DNA from: Candidatus Poribacteria bacterium
Lineage (GTDB): Bacteria > Poribacteria > WGA-4E > WGA-3G
Direction of reading: 5' to 3'
DNA: 64,000 nucleotides
Assembly (NCBI GenBank): GCA_022824835.1
Contig: JAJDZB010000023.1
Span: forward strand, 14,461-78,460
The translations under genes and the position numbers were made by a program. Shown here piece after piece: positions 36,160 through 45,997 of this stretch; position 1 is the first letter of the stretch, and the number at the start of each line of letters is the position of its first letter. The notes under the pieces are model-generated. The model was given only the letters and a program-made list of their open reading frames with translations. It did not search any database and had not been told where the DNA came from.

Positions 36160-38283
36160 TTATCTCTGTCCTTTGATTTTGTTGATCAGTTCGTTGAGAT
36201 ATTGTGATGGAATAGCAAAATTAAGATTTTGACCCTCTGTAATGGTTGAAACTGCAACGCCTATAACCTCTCCTTTGCTATTTAGCACAGGACCGCCACT
36301 GCTACCTTTGGAAATTGGTGCAGTAATCTGTATCCGTTTTTGCCCGATGCGGAACTCACGCACACCACTTACAATCCCATCCGAAAATGTACCTTCCAAA
36401 AATCCTATTGGATTTCCGGATACGTAAATAGTTTCACCTACTTGAACGTTGTTGCTATTGCCGAGTGGAAGGTTCGGCACATCAAAATCTGAAACATACA
36501 GAATGGCGAGGTCCTGCTTTGAATCCATAGCGGCAATACCTAATATAGAGTACTTTTTGTTGGTGCCGACCTGTTTGACATACCCATTGAAAACACCTTC
36601 AACGACGTGTAGGTTGGTGGCGATCATACCTTGTCCAATATAGAAACCACTCCCGGAACTGACAGCCTTGCCATTTGCATCTTGCATGACGATGAGTACT
36701 GTAGAAGTGAGTGAAGTTTTTGCGATCTGTTGAGGAGTTTTTGAAGTTCGGATGTTGGAGGTGACTGCTGAGATGTCTGGCGGCATTTCAATATCTAACG
36801 TAGGTATATCCCATAAGAGAACTGTACCATCCGTACCCCCACTTGATATGGTGTTTCCATCCGGACTAAACACTACACTCTCGACCCAACCCGAATGTCC
36901 GGTAAATGTTCTGAGATGCTGTCCCGTGTGTGCGTTCCACATACGGATAGAGCGGAACAGACCCCCACTTGCGATGGTGTTTCCATCCGGACTGAACACT
37001 ACACTCTCGACTGGACCTGTATGCCCAGTAAGTGTTCTGATGTGTTGTCCTATATGTGTGTTCCACAAACGGATGGTCTTGTCCACACTCCCACTTGCGA
37101 TGGTGTTTCCATCTGGACTAAACGCTACACTTTTGACGCAATCCGTATGTCCAGTAAGTGTTCTGATGTGTTGTCCCGTGTGTGCATTCCACAAACGGAT
37201 AATGTCATCCAACAGACCCCAACTTGCGATGGTGTTTCCATCCGGACTAAACGCCACACTCTTAAGCGTACCCGTATATCCTGTAAGTGTTCTGATATGT
37301 TGTCCTGTGTGTGCATTCCACAAACGGATGGTCTCGTCCCAACTCCCACTTGCAATGGTTTTTCCATCAGGACTGAATACCACACTATCGACCGTACTCG
37401 TATGTCCTGTAAGTGTTCTGATATGCTGTCCTGTATGTGTGTTCCATAAACGGATGGTCTTGTCATATCCCCCACTTGCGATAGTTTTTCCATCCGGACT
37501 GAACACTACGCTCGTGAGTGTATTCGTATGTCCTGTAAGTGTTCTGATGTGTTGTCCCGTGTGTGTGTTCCACATACGGATGGTGTCGTCCCAACTCCCA
37601 CTTGCAATGGTTTTTCCATCAGGACTGAACACTACGCTGTCGACCGAACCCGTATGTCCTGTAAGTGTTCTGATATGCTGTCCTGTGTGCGCATTCCATA
37701 AACGGATAATGTCGTCTAAACACCAACTTGCGATGGTGTTTCCATCAGGACTGAACACTACGCTGGTGACCGAACCCGCATCTCCAGTAAGTGTTCTGAT
37801 ATGCTGTCCTGTGTGCACATTCCACAAACGGATGGTCTTGTCCCAACTCCCACTTGCGATGGTGTTTCTATCAGGACTGAACACTACGCTGTTTACCTGA
37901 CGCGTATGTCCGGTAAGTGTTCTAAGATGCTGTCCTGTGTGTGCGTTCCACAAACGGATGGTCTTGTCCGAACACCAACTTGCGATAGTGTTTCCATCCG
38001 AACTAAACGCCACACTTTCAAGCTTACCCGTATGTCCCATGAATATGAATAGGGCAAGTTCCTTACCTGTCTGTGTGTTGTATATCCAAATGCCAATACT
38101 ACTTGCGACTGCCAACTTAGTGCAATCAGGTGAATATTTTATCTCATGAATTATACCTTTCCCAAGTCGGACTCTCACACCTTCGGGTAAACCCCATTTT
38201 GTGTAATCTTGTGCGGAGGTGTTCAGTAGCCATGTTGTACAAGTCAATAAGAGTGTTATTATGGCAAAGTTTAATTTCTTCAT
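36160..38283 (-). CDS. Secreted WD40-repeat (about 14 units) protein fused to a C-terminal trypsin-like serine protease domain
   Basis: Signal peptide. Near-identical 42-aa WD40 units ([38 protein letters not shown]). The C-terminal [18 protein letters not shown]...[17 protein letters not shown] carries the His and Ser elements of the S1 catalytic triad. Confidence 0.75.
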   Translation of the reverse strand: [707 protein letters not shown]

Positions 38284-38553
38284 TTATATTTCCTATCTTT
38301 TGCGGATTTTACAATTGCTTTGATACTGTTAGGTATAGGAGGGAACTCCGATTTACGATTATCCAATTGTACCAGCATCTAATAGAAAAAGCAACTTCGA
38401 TATAAGGTGTTAACGGACGATATGTTTGTTGTTTTTGGAATTCCTAACACCCTAAATACAAAAAATACGAAATTCTATTTGAAAATCTCCAATAAAACAT
38501 GTTAAAATTTGAAACATGTCAAAATTCAGAATCAACCTTACAGGAGGAGCAAT

Positions 38554-39318
38554 ATGAAAGTAGGTATTAGAGACGGAATGATACCCGTTTCGTTCGAAGA
38601 AAAGTTTAAGAAGGCAAAAGAAATCGGTTTTGATGGAATTGAACTTTGTATGGGTGGTAATTACCGAGAACATATACTCTGGCAAGAAAACGGTATTGAC
38701 ACGGTAAATAAGCTCGCAGAAGAAGCGGACATTGAAGTATCATCACTTTCACCGGGAGGTTTTACCGCATATTCCTTCATGCATCCAACCGATAGTGTCC
38801 GCACTGAAGGCATCGCAAAACTACAATATCTCGCTGAAACATGCCCCAAATTAGGATCAAATGTGATCCTCGTTCCGTTCTTCGGTGGTGGTCAGATAAA
38901 AGATGAACATATCTCCGCGCCACGTTTCCTTGACGGTCTAAAGGCAGCCGCAGAAACCGCTGAAAATGAAGACGTCTATCTCGCAATTGAATCCACACTC
39001 TCTGCTGATCAACATCAACAGATAATTGATCAAGTCGGTTCAAAACATGTCGGTGTCTATTACGATATGGGTAACGCAACAGGTCTCGGCTTCGACTCAC
39101 CAGCAGAAATACGAAGCTTAGGCAAATCAATCGTCCAAATGCACATCAAGGATACAGGAGGGAACCACGCTGGAGAAGGCGATGTTGACTTCACCGCTGT
39201 CTTTGAAGCCGCACATGCAATCGGATACGACAGCTGGTTCGTTTTGGAAACACCAGGTAAAGATGATCCTATCGCATCAGCAGCAAAGAACATGAACTTT
39301 GTCAGAGAGAGCTACTAA
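38554..39318 (+). CDS. Sugar-phosphate isomerase/epimerase (xylose-isomerase-like TIM barrel)
   Basis: Start set at the ATG at 38554 after AGGAGG. MKVGIRDGM... follows the family pattern. Confidence 0.65.
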   Translation: MKVGIRDGMIPVSFEEKFKKAKEIGFDGIELCMGGNYREHILWQENGIDTVNKLAEEADIEVSSLSPGGFTAYSFMHPTDSVRTEGIAKLQYLAETCPKLGSNVILVPFFGGGQIKDEHISAPRFLDGLKAAAETAENEDVYLAIESTLSADQHQQIIDQVGSKHVGVYYDMGNATGLGFDSPAEIRSLGKSIVQMHIKDTGGNHAGEGDVDFTAVFEAAHAIGYDSWFVLETPGKDDPIASAAKNMNFVRESY

Positions 39319-39371
39319 ACTCGGCAGATTCAGCCTGTAGGACGATGTGCATGTCGTCCTGCACAGACTAA

Positions 39372-39600
39372 ACTGAACTAACGTGAGTTTGATAAATCAG
39401 ATTTTCCCAGGCCGGTAGGTTCGGTTTCCTAACCAATTCAGAATACCAAACGCGTATTCTGACGGATCCTGCGCGAAAACCTTTATGAACGCAAGTGGCA
39501 CAAAGCCGGTTCGGTTAGGAAACCGAACCTACCGGGTCTAAGCAAGTGATATTTTGAGGAAAATGAAGTCCATATATCTATCATCAAACTCACTTAAACT
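39372..39600. mobile_element. MITE-family copy 2 (~200 bp, terminal inverted repeat TAACGTGAGTTTGATAA)
   Basis: The left end is TAACGTGAGTTTGATAAATCAGATTTTCCCAGGCCGGTAGGTTCGGTTTCCTAACC. Internally it has the inverted copy GGTTCGGTTAGGAAACCGAACCTACC. The right end is ATCAAACTCACTTAA. It has no coding capacity. Confidence 0.75.
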
Positions 39601-39665
39601 ACAAGAATTACATTAGCTAAAGAAATACAAAGCGATACCTCGCAATACATACCGGGAGGATTGGT

Positions 39666-40472
39666 ATGAGCAGTTCCAATAAATTGGTTATTCCACAATC
39701 AGAAGTCAATAAACTACTATCACTCCCAACACGTGAAGCAGAACAACTCTTTCAAAGCTACGAAAAAGACCAACAACTTGATATTATCCGCGCAACCCGA
39801 AACCCGAAACAGAGAGAAGAATTATACTACCTGGTTCCAGATTGTACAGAACTCATACAGGAAAGTCCGACTGAGGATGTCTTACAGGTGTTAGACACGC
39901 TGCTTGGTACAGGTCTTGCCTGCGGACTCTTACCATGTTTATCAAACGAACAATTTGAAGAGATTATTGACATCGCTATCTGGCATGAAGGAGAGATAGA
40001 TGAAAATTCACTGAATCTATGGCTCTATGAACTTTCTGAGTGTGATAGAGAAGACCTAAGTCGGTTCATGGGACAGATGGATATGCGGATTTTCGCTGCA
40101 CTCCTAAAGGATAGGGTAAAACTAAAAGGTGCCCTCGGTGCGATGCTCATAGAAGAAGGTATCATCGATCCAAACTCTCCATCAATTGAATGTAAAGATG
40201 AAAAGGCAAAAGCAATACTCAACGCAATTTGGGAAGCTGATGGAGAACTCTTCATGCTCCTTATGAGAGAACTATTCGTTATAGATAAAGAAGCTGATGT
40301 AGATAAAGCACTCGTCACTGCATTAGAGAAAGCAAGAGCAGAAAGAGATGAACGTATCAGGGAACGGGATAAGAAAGCAGGAATCAAAGTCACAGAAAGT
40401 GAAATACAACAGAAAGTTGACTTAGATTCAATTGAACTTGTTGAGGACGAAAAAGACAATGCAGACCAGTAA
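39666..40472 (+). CDS. Hypothetical acidic protein
   Basis: 268 aa with a coiled-coil-like C-terminus and no motif I recognise. It is translationally coupled to the next gene. Confidence 0.4.
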   Translation: MSSSNKLVIPQSEVNKLLSLPTREAEQLFQSYEKDQQLDIIRATRNPKQREELYYLVPDCTELIQESPTEDVLQVLDTLLGTGLACGLLPCLSNEQFEEIIDIAIWHEGEIDENSLNLWLYELSECDREDLSRFMGQMDMRIFAALLKDRVKLKGALGAMLIEEGIIDPNSPSIECKDEKAKAILNAIWEADGELFMLLMRELFVIDKEADVDKALVTALEKARAERDERIRERDKKAGIKVTESEIQQKVDLDSIELVEDEKDNADQ

Positions 40473-41433
40473 GTTCTCACTTGTTACCGACGCAACCCTT
40501 GATGGTAAATCCTTCTTGGCGCGTACATTAGCACACGGCGATGATATCGGAAAAATCGACTCTGAAAAAGCAGAAACATTTTCCGACGACATCGCCGCGC
40601 TAACACATAAACTCATTACGATGAAAGTGGTTGACCTATCTGATGAAGCAGCACTCCGAACACAGATACAGACATCCTTTGCACTGACCAGCATCGGTTT
40701 AGAATACGGTAGTAAAGGGAACTTAGACAAAGCTGTAAAGGTACTAATTGCAAACCCTATCGTCAAATTTTACCAGATCGGAAATACGCTTACAGATAAA
40801 CTGCTGCAGAGAGCTAATCACATTCTGGAGAACGCACACATTGAACCCGACGATGCCCTGATGCATCTTGACATTGACAACATCCATATCTATAATCATA
40901 CAGAAGCAAAATTCTTGGATGCACTATCTTCATACAACACTACCATTTCTAATGCACACCTTATACTTAAAGATAGCCATGCACCCAGGACATTTACCAA
41001 CCTATCTGATATGGAAATAATCCGCCAACAATTGGATTACCTTGAATCAAGGTGGCTCTATGTTCAAGCATTACCACTTGACCAAGTCTTTTCTGTTGAT
41101 CCACCATTTAGTATAGCAATAGATCCAATTCAAACCTTAACACTTAGTCTGATGGCTAATTTGGCGTTATACTATGAACCAGACCTACAGTTAGAACCAG
41201 ACACACTATCAGAGTTTCGGAACATTATTATAGATGAAAACAGTAAACAGGTCCGACAAGAACCACGCCAACGGTTACTCGATTGGATTGAGAGTTATCT
41301 TGAACAAGACAACCAGTCAGATACGGTAAAACAGTATACCGTCGCTTATTGGGATGCTTGTCTACAAGAATTAATAAACCCAGATTCTCAATTAGAAATA
41401 CTGCAATTTCACTTAGAACCTGATAACTACTAA
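40459..41433 (+). CDS. Hypothetical protein
   Basis: The ATG at 40459 sits in ATGCAGACCAGTAA, overlapping the upstream stop. It is 324 aa with no motif I recognise. Confidence 0.4.
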   Translation: MQTSKFSLVTDATLDGKSFLARTLAHGDDIGKIDSEKAETFSDDIAALTHKLITMKVVDLSDEAALRTQIQTSFALTSIGLEYGSKGNLDKAVKVLIANPIVKFYQIGNTLTDKLLQRANHILENAHIEPDDALMHLDIDNIHIYNHTEAKFLDALSSYNTTISNAHLILKDSHAPRTFTNLSDMEIIRQQLDYLESRWLYVQALPLDQVFSVDPPFSIAIDPIQTLTLSLMANLALYYEPDLQLEPDTLSEFRNIIIDENSKQVRQEPRQRLLDWIESYLEQDNQSDTVKQYTVAYWDACLQELINPDSQLEILQFHLEPDNY

Positions 41434-41546
41434 TTTGCAAACACATAATATTTGTGCTATCATACATCTACTTGTCAAATTTTTCTAAACCATAGGAGCA
41501 TTACGGTATCCTTCAACATATTGTGAGGAGAACCGTATAAAATAAA

Positions 41547-42083
41547 ATGCAAACAGAAACGACCACATTCGGGGCAGGATGTTTTTGGTGTGTTGAAGCA
41601 GTCTTTCAACAGGTAGAAGGTGTTCATAAAGTCATCTCCGGCTATACTGGTGGAACGACAATCAATCCAAACTATCGTGATGTGTGCACGGGAACGACAG
41701 GACATGCAGAAGTAGTTCAGATTGAATTCGATCCCAAAGTCATCTCTTTCAACGAGTTGTTGGAAATCTTCTGGCACACACACAACCCAACAACACTAAA
41801 TAAGCAAGGGAACGATGTTGGCACACAGTATCGTTCCGCTGTCTTCTATCACTCAGAGACACAACGCGAAATCGCTGAAAAATCTAAGAGAGAGATGGAC
41901 AACTCTGGCACATGGGATGACCCAATTGTCACTGAGATAACAGAAATTGATGTTTTCTATACTGCTGAAGACTACCACCGAAACTATTTTGAACTAAATC
42001 CCGGACAACCATACTGCCAATTCGTAATTCATCCTAAAATCAAGAAGTTCACCAAAGATTTCAAGGATAAACTAAAACCTTAA
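41547..42083 (+). CDS. msrA: Peptide-methionine (S)-S-oxide reductase MsrA
   Basis: Active site GAGCFWCVEAVF and the conserved GYTGG. Confidence 0.85.
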   Translation: MQTETTTFGAGCFWCVEAVFQQVEGVHKVISGYTGGTTINPNYRDVCTGTTGHAEVVQIEFDPKVISFNELLEIFWHTHNPTTLNKQGNDVGTQYRSAVFYHSETQREIAEKSKREMDNSGTWDDPIVTEITEIDVFYTAEDYHRNYFELNPGQPYCQFVIHPKIKKFTKDFKDKLKP

Positions 42084-42087
42084 TTGG

Positions 42088-43707
42088 ATGGAGGAGAGAG
42101 TATTGAAACCCAATTCTATTAGATTTATACTGTTTGTTTTACCTTTACTGTTCCTAAATCCACTGATCATAAAGACAAGCGATACATCCGCACAGGGAAC
42201 AGAGCAACTGACGACTGTGAAAACGGAAACGCCAAGGAAAGTCACAATCGTCTCAGAAAAGAGTTATAACGGCGTGCTAAAACCGCGGGTAGAAGCGAAA
42301 GTATATGCAAATATATCCGCAAAAATCGTTAGCCTTAATGTAGAAGCAGGACAAACTGTAGCAAAGGGTGATGTAATCGCGCAAAGCAGTGCACGTGAAG
42401 CAGGAATCGCTGCCATAAAAGCAGAAGTCTCACTAAGTGTTGCAAAATCACAGCTGACAACAACCGAGGCAAACGCGCAGACGCGCATCGAAACGCAGCT
42501 TGAAACAGCTAAGGAATCGGTCGCGGAGGCTGAAGCGAAACTTGAGGATACAAAATCACTCGCTGAAATGCGTATCAGAAACCAACTCATACAAGCAGAA
42601 GTGGCATATAAAGCCGCAGAGGCAAATCTGGAACGCGCAAGCGTAAGCGCAACACAAGGATTAGAACGGGCAAAAGCTGAATTCACAAAAGCCACCTCAG
42701 ATTTTGAACGTGATAAGGAACTACACACGCAAGAACTCATCAGTGACAGTGCTTACGAATCTTCTGAAACACGATATAAACTCGTGCAAAGTCGACACGA
42801 AGAAGCTGTCGCCGCAGCAAAACAGTTTGAAGACGGTTCAGCACAACTGACAGTTGAAAAAACAAAAGCAGAAGTGGCAATAGCAAAGAAGATAGTAGAA
42901 AACAGAGGATGGGAACGAGAAATCGCCGCTGCGCAATCAAAAGTCACACAAGCAAAAGCAAACCTAATTACCGCACAGAAATTGGTAGAAGCAAAGGCAT
43001 GGGAACGAGAAATCGCAATCGCAAAATCTGCTGTCAGTGAAGCTGAAGAACAACTCAAACTCGCACGAGAACAGGTCAATCAAGCAGCTATCGTTTCTCC
43101 AATAAACGGTGTTGTCGCTGAACGGCATCTGGAAACAGGAGACTATGCCAAATCCGCCGCTTCACAAGGACAACCCGTATTTACGATCATAGCAGTTGAT
43201 GTGCTAAAAGCCGTTTGGACAGTCCCAGTCAGTGAGATTAGGCGAATACAAATCGGCAATATGGTCCTCATTTCTACCGCATCAGGAATACGGAACATTA
43301 TAGGAACAATTGATTTTATCAGTCCCATCGTCAAAGCGGGAGAGAATGTTGTCACGGTTCATGCTACACTGCAAAATCTGGAAAACAGTGATCCTGATAA
43401 TCCGCTCTCTGTATCAGAACAAAACAACGCACTAAAACCTGGCACTTCCATAACAATTTCTATCAAAACGGGTGAACGCAAAGACGTGACCTTACTACCG
43501 CAACGCGCAGTACTACAGATCCAGAATGGAAAAGGCAATATCTTTGTCGTTGAGCAGAATATAGCACGTCTAAAACAGGTCAACATAGGTAGTGTATATG
43601 GTAGTGAAATCGAGACTCAGACGAAACTCCCTCAGTCAACACAAATAATAGTCGAAAATCAACATCTGCTAAAAGATGGTATGTCCGTTTCAGTCGCACA
43701 AGATTGA
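42088..43707 (+). CDS. HlyD-family membrane-fusion protein (periplasmic efflux adaptor) with a very long coiled coil
   Basis: N-terminal transmembrane segment, a biotin-lipoyl-like segment (VEAGQTVAKGDVIAQ), about 250 aa of Ala/Glu-rich coiled coil, then a C-terminal beta-barrel part. Confidence 0.6.
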   Translation: MEERVLKPNSIRFILFVLPLLFLNPLIIKTSDTSAQGTEQLTTVKTETPRKVTIVSEKSYNGVLKPRVEAKVYANISAKIVSLNVEAGQTVAKGDVIAQSSAREAGIAAIKAEVSLSVAKSQLTTTEANAQTRIETQLETAKESVAEAEAKLEDTKSLAEMRIRNQLIQAEVAYKAAEANLERASVSATQGLERAKAEFTKATSDFERDKELHTQELISDSAYESSETRYKLVQSRHEEAVAAAKQFEDGSAQLTVEKTKAEVAIAKKIVENRGWEREIAAAQSKVTQAKANLITAQKLVEAKAWEREIAIAKSAVSEAEEQLKLAREQVNQAAIVSPINGVVAERHLETGDYAKSAASQGQPVFTIIAVDVLKAVWTVPVSEIRRIQIGNMVLISTASGIRNIIGTIDFISPIVKAGENVVTVHATLQNLENSDPDNPLSVSEQNNALKPGTSITISIKTGERKDVTLLPQRAVLQIQNGKGNIFVVEQNIARLKQVNIGSVYGSEIETQTKLPQSTQIIVENQHLLKDGMSVSVAQD

Positions 43708-43717
43708 AAGGAGTCCT

Positions 43718-44221
43718 GACGTGTTTAGAATAAGAACTTATCAGCGAAATTCCATTCTGTGCTGTATCTGTGTACTCGTATTCTTAGGGTGTGGAACGGG
43801 TGAAATCCAAAACTTTGAAGGTATACAGATTCTTTCTGAACCACGTTTAGATCGGTTGGATATTATAATATATCTCACAGACCAGAACGGTATTCCACTC
43901 ATCTGGAATCAGAGCATACTCAGTCCAAGCGTTGGTGTTAGCACGATTTCAGAAGCAGAATTCATCACGAATGCTAAAGTCTATTCCTTGCGCGATGGTA
44001 AGCAACATCAAAAAGTTTATGACGGTAGGCTTATTGATGTTCGATGGTCACAAGAACCGAATAGTCTTGATAGACTCTTGAGCGCAGAAATCCCACGCAG
44101 ACTCATTGAAGACGACCCCGAACGCGATACAAATTTAGGTATAATTACAATTGAAATTAAAACCAATAAACAGGGACCTTTCACGGATACGCTGGAAAGC
44201 ACAGAAATCTATAGGAACTAA
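43718..44221 (+). CDS. Hypothetical lipoprotein
   Basis: GTG start after AAAGGAG. Lipobox LGCG. No motif I recognise. Confidence 0.4.
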   Translation, partial: DVFRIRTYQRNSILCCICVLVFLGCGTGEIQNFEGIQILSEPRLDRLDIIIYLTDQNGIPLIWNQSILSPSVGVSTISEAEFITNAKVYSLRDGKQHQKVYDGRLIDVRWSQEPNSLDRLLSAEIPRRLIEDDPERDTNLGIITIEIKTNKQGPFTDTLESTEIYRN

Positions 44222-44223
44222 AA

Positions 44224-45087
44224 ATGCCTATTCACACACAAGACTACAGACACTGGGACGGAACACTGCAACTAAAAAAATATAAAAGGTGGTGGATAAT
44301 CGCAAAGGCAGAACTGAAACTACTTGCACAACGCAAAATTATCCGACTCATTGTCGCTGTACCCCCTGTAATCTATATTTTAGTTCATGCAATACTAATT
44401 TATATGTTCAATTATCTTGATGGTACGTCATTCCCATTTGACGAAATAGGCGAAGGCTTTTTCCAGAAATTCATATTTAGCACACACCCATTCCCATCAG
44501 TGTTCTTAATCGCTCTCGTCGTCGTTTTCGGGGGTTCAGGTCTCATTTCAAACGACCTCAAATACAACGCACTTTCACTGTATCTATCTAAACCCATTTC
44601 CTGGGTAGACTATCTCATTGGAAAATTTATTGCAATTGGAATTCTGCTTGCATCAATGACGTTAGTTCCGGGACTTCTTCTATTTCTTGAGCAGGCGTTG
44701 TTAGCTGATATTTCATTCTTTATAGAGAACTTTTGGCTAATCTTCTCAATTATCATCTATTCACTTGTTGTCACGACAGTAACGAGTTTACTCATGTTGA
44801 CATTCTCATCACTAACAAAAAACCTGCGTTTCGCAACAATCGGTTTCTGTGCAGTATGGTTCGGATTGTCAGTGATTCAACTCATACTCACACAGGTTCT
44901 CCAATCCAGTACAGTTGCAATAGTTTCAGTTTGGGCAAACTTGGAGCTCCTTGGTGAAGTATTGTTCGGTTTAGATAGAAGTTACAACTTACACCTGTCT
45001 TGGACGATACTCCTATTAACAGCCCTTACTGTATCTTGTATCTTGGTGCTTCGTCATCGTATACGTGCTGTTGAGATTGTCACATAA
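44224..45087 (+). CDS. Polytopic membrane protein, possibly an ABC-2-type permease working with the upstream adaptor
   Basis: 287 aa with about six transmembrane helices. It starts 3 bp after the lipoprotein gene. Confidence 0.35.
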   Translation: MPIHTQDYRHWDGTLQLKKYKRWWIIAKAELKLLAQRKIIRLIVAVPPVIYILVHAILIYMFNYLDGTSFPFDEIGEGFFQKFIFSTHPFPSVFLIALVVVFGGSGLISNDLKYNALSLYLSKPISWVDYLIGKFIAIGILLASMTLVPGLLLFLEQALLADISFFIENFWLIFSIIIYSLVVTTVTSLLMLTFSSLTKNLRFATIGFCAVWFGLSVIQLILTQVLQSSTVAIVSVWANLELLGEVLFGLDRSYNLHLSWTILLLTALTVSCILVLRHRIRAVEIVT

Positions 45088-45094
45088 TACCATC

Positions 45095-45955
45095 TCACTT
45101 TAGCCGTACCCCATTCGCATCCCACATCTCCAGTTCCGAATAAACCTGCGGTGGCTCAATCGGAGATAATGTCGGCTCCCATGAATCGTTAAACTGTTGA
45201 ACCAACCGAACAGCATTCTGATAAGCTATTTTCTCTTTCGTCTCATCATCAAGACTAGCATTTTCAATCTGCGCTTGAACAAGACGAAAATCGTAATAAG
45301 GCAAGTCACTTCCGAACATCAGCCGATCCTTATTGAGATTGTTAACCAAGTGGACTAAGTCCCAACTTTCATCTGCCCCCTCCGGTTTCTGTGCAACATC
45401 ATACCAGATATTATCATACTTTGCACAATGCTGGATAGCATCAAGATGGCCACCTTTATTCATTGAGACATGTCCGATAATAAAGGTAATTGAAGGAAAC
45501 CTTCTTGCATAAGCAGCAATATTGCTTGTAGAACCTGCTTGATGCAGCAGACACAACCCGTTATGCATTGCAACCACCTCCAAGAATGCATAGAGCTCAC
45601 CACCAAGCGAATGTCCAGATAATCCCGGATGACATACAAATCCAACTAAACCCTCATCACACATAGCTCTATCAAGCTCATCAACGCCTGCTTGTTCATG
45701 TCGCACCTCTACGATCCCAAGTCCAATTGGGAAACGTTCAGGATATTTCTGGCAAGCCTTCGCGATTACCTCATTCTGTGAACGTGTATCCAATACCCCA
45801 CGTGCTTGTGGACTACCTGCAGTCGGACACGGAATCGCACCAATAACATCTGCAGAAGCCATCCGTGCTAAACACCTACCAACACTCTGTCCAACGACAG
45901 GTGCACGAGAAACCGTCATACCGATATGGCAGTGAACATCAAAATAGGGACGCAT
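45095..45955 (-). CDS. Amidohydrolase-2 family metal-dependent hydrolase
   Basis: Its N-terminus, MRPYFDVHCHIG, is typical of TIM-barrel amidohydrolase_2 and ACMSD-like enzymes. Confidence 0.55.
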   Translation of the reverse strand: MRPYFDVHCHIGMTVSRAPVVGQSVGRCLARMASADVIGAIPCPTAGSPQARGVLDTRSQNEVIAKACQKYPERFPIGLGIVEVRHEQAGVDELDRAMCDEGLVGFVCHPGLSGHSLGGELYAFLEVVAMHNGLCLLHQAGSTSNIAAYARRFPSITFIIGHVSMNKGGHLDAIQHCAKYDNIWYDVAQKPEGADESWDLVHLVNNLNKDRLMFGSDLPYYDFRLVQAQIENASLDDETKEKIAYQNAVRLVQQFNDSWEPTLSPIEPPQVYSELEMWDANGVRLK

Positions 45956-45997
45956 AGATTCTCCTTAATGTATTTCTAAAGCTATGGGTTTTTACTC

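Noticed and set aside
36752-37900. 382-aa ORF on the plus strand
   Set aside because: It lies entirely antisense to the WD40-protease gene. The open frame is a by-product of the 126-bp periodic, near-identical WD40 repeats, which also produce ORFs at 36895-37449 and 37125-37493. There is no Shine-Dalgarno site and no plausible protein.
39372-39600. tRNA-like gene inside the MITE (the GGTTCGGTTTCC segment resembles a T-arm)
   Set aside because: No acceptor stem or anticodon arm can be built. The segment is half of the element's long internal palindrome. Three near-identical copies with terminal inverted repeats argue for a MITE.
42264-43079. Minus-strand ORFs of 158 and 108 aa inside the membrane-fusion-protein gene
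   Set aside because: They are Ala/Ser/Cys-rich antisense translations of the Ala/Glu-rich coiled-coil coding region, which is a typical antisense artefact.
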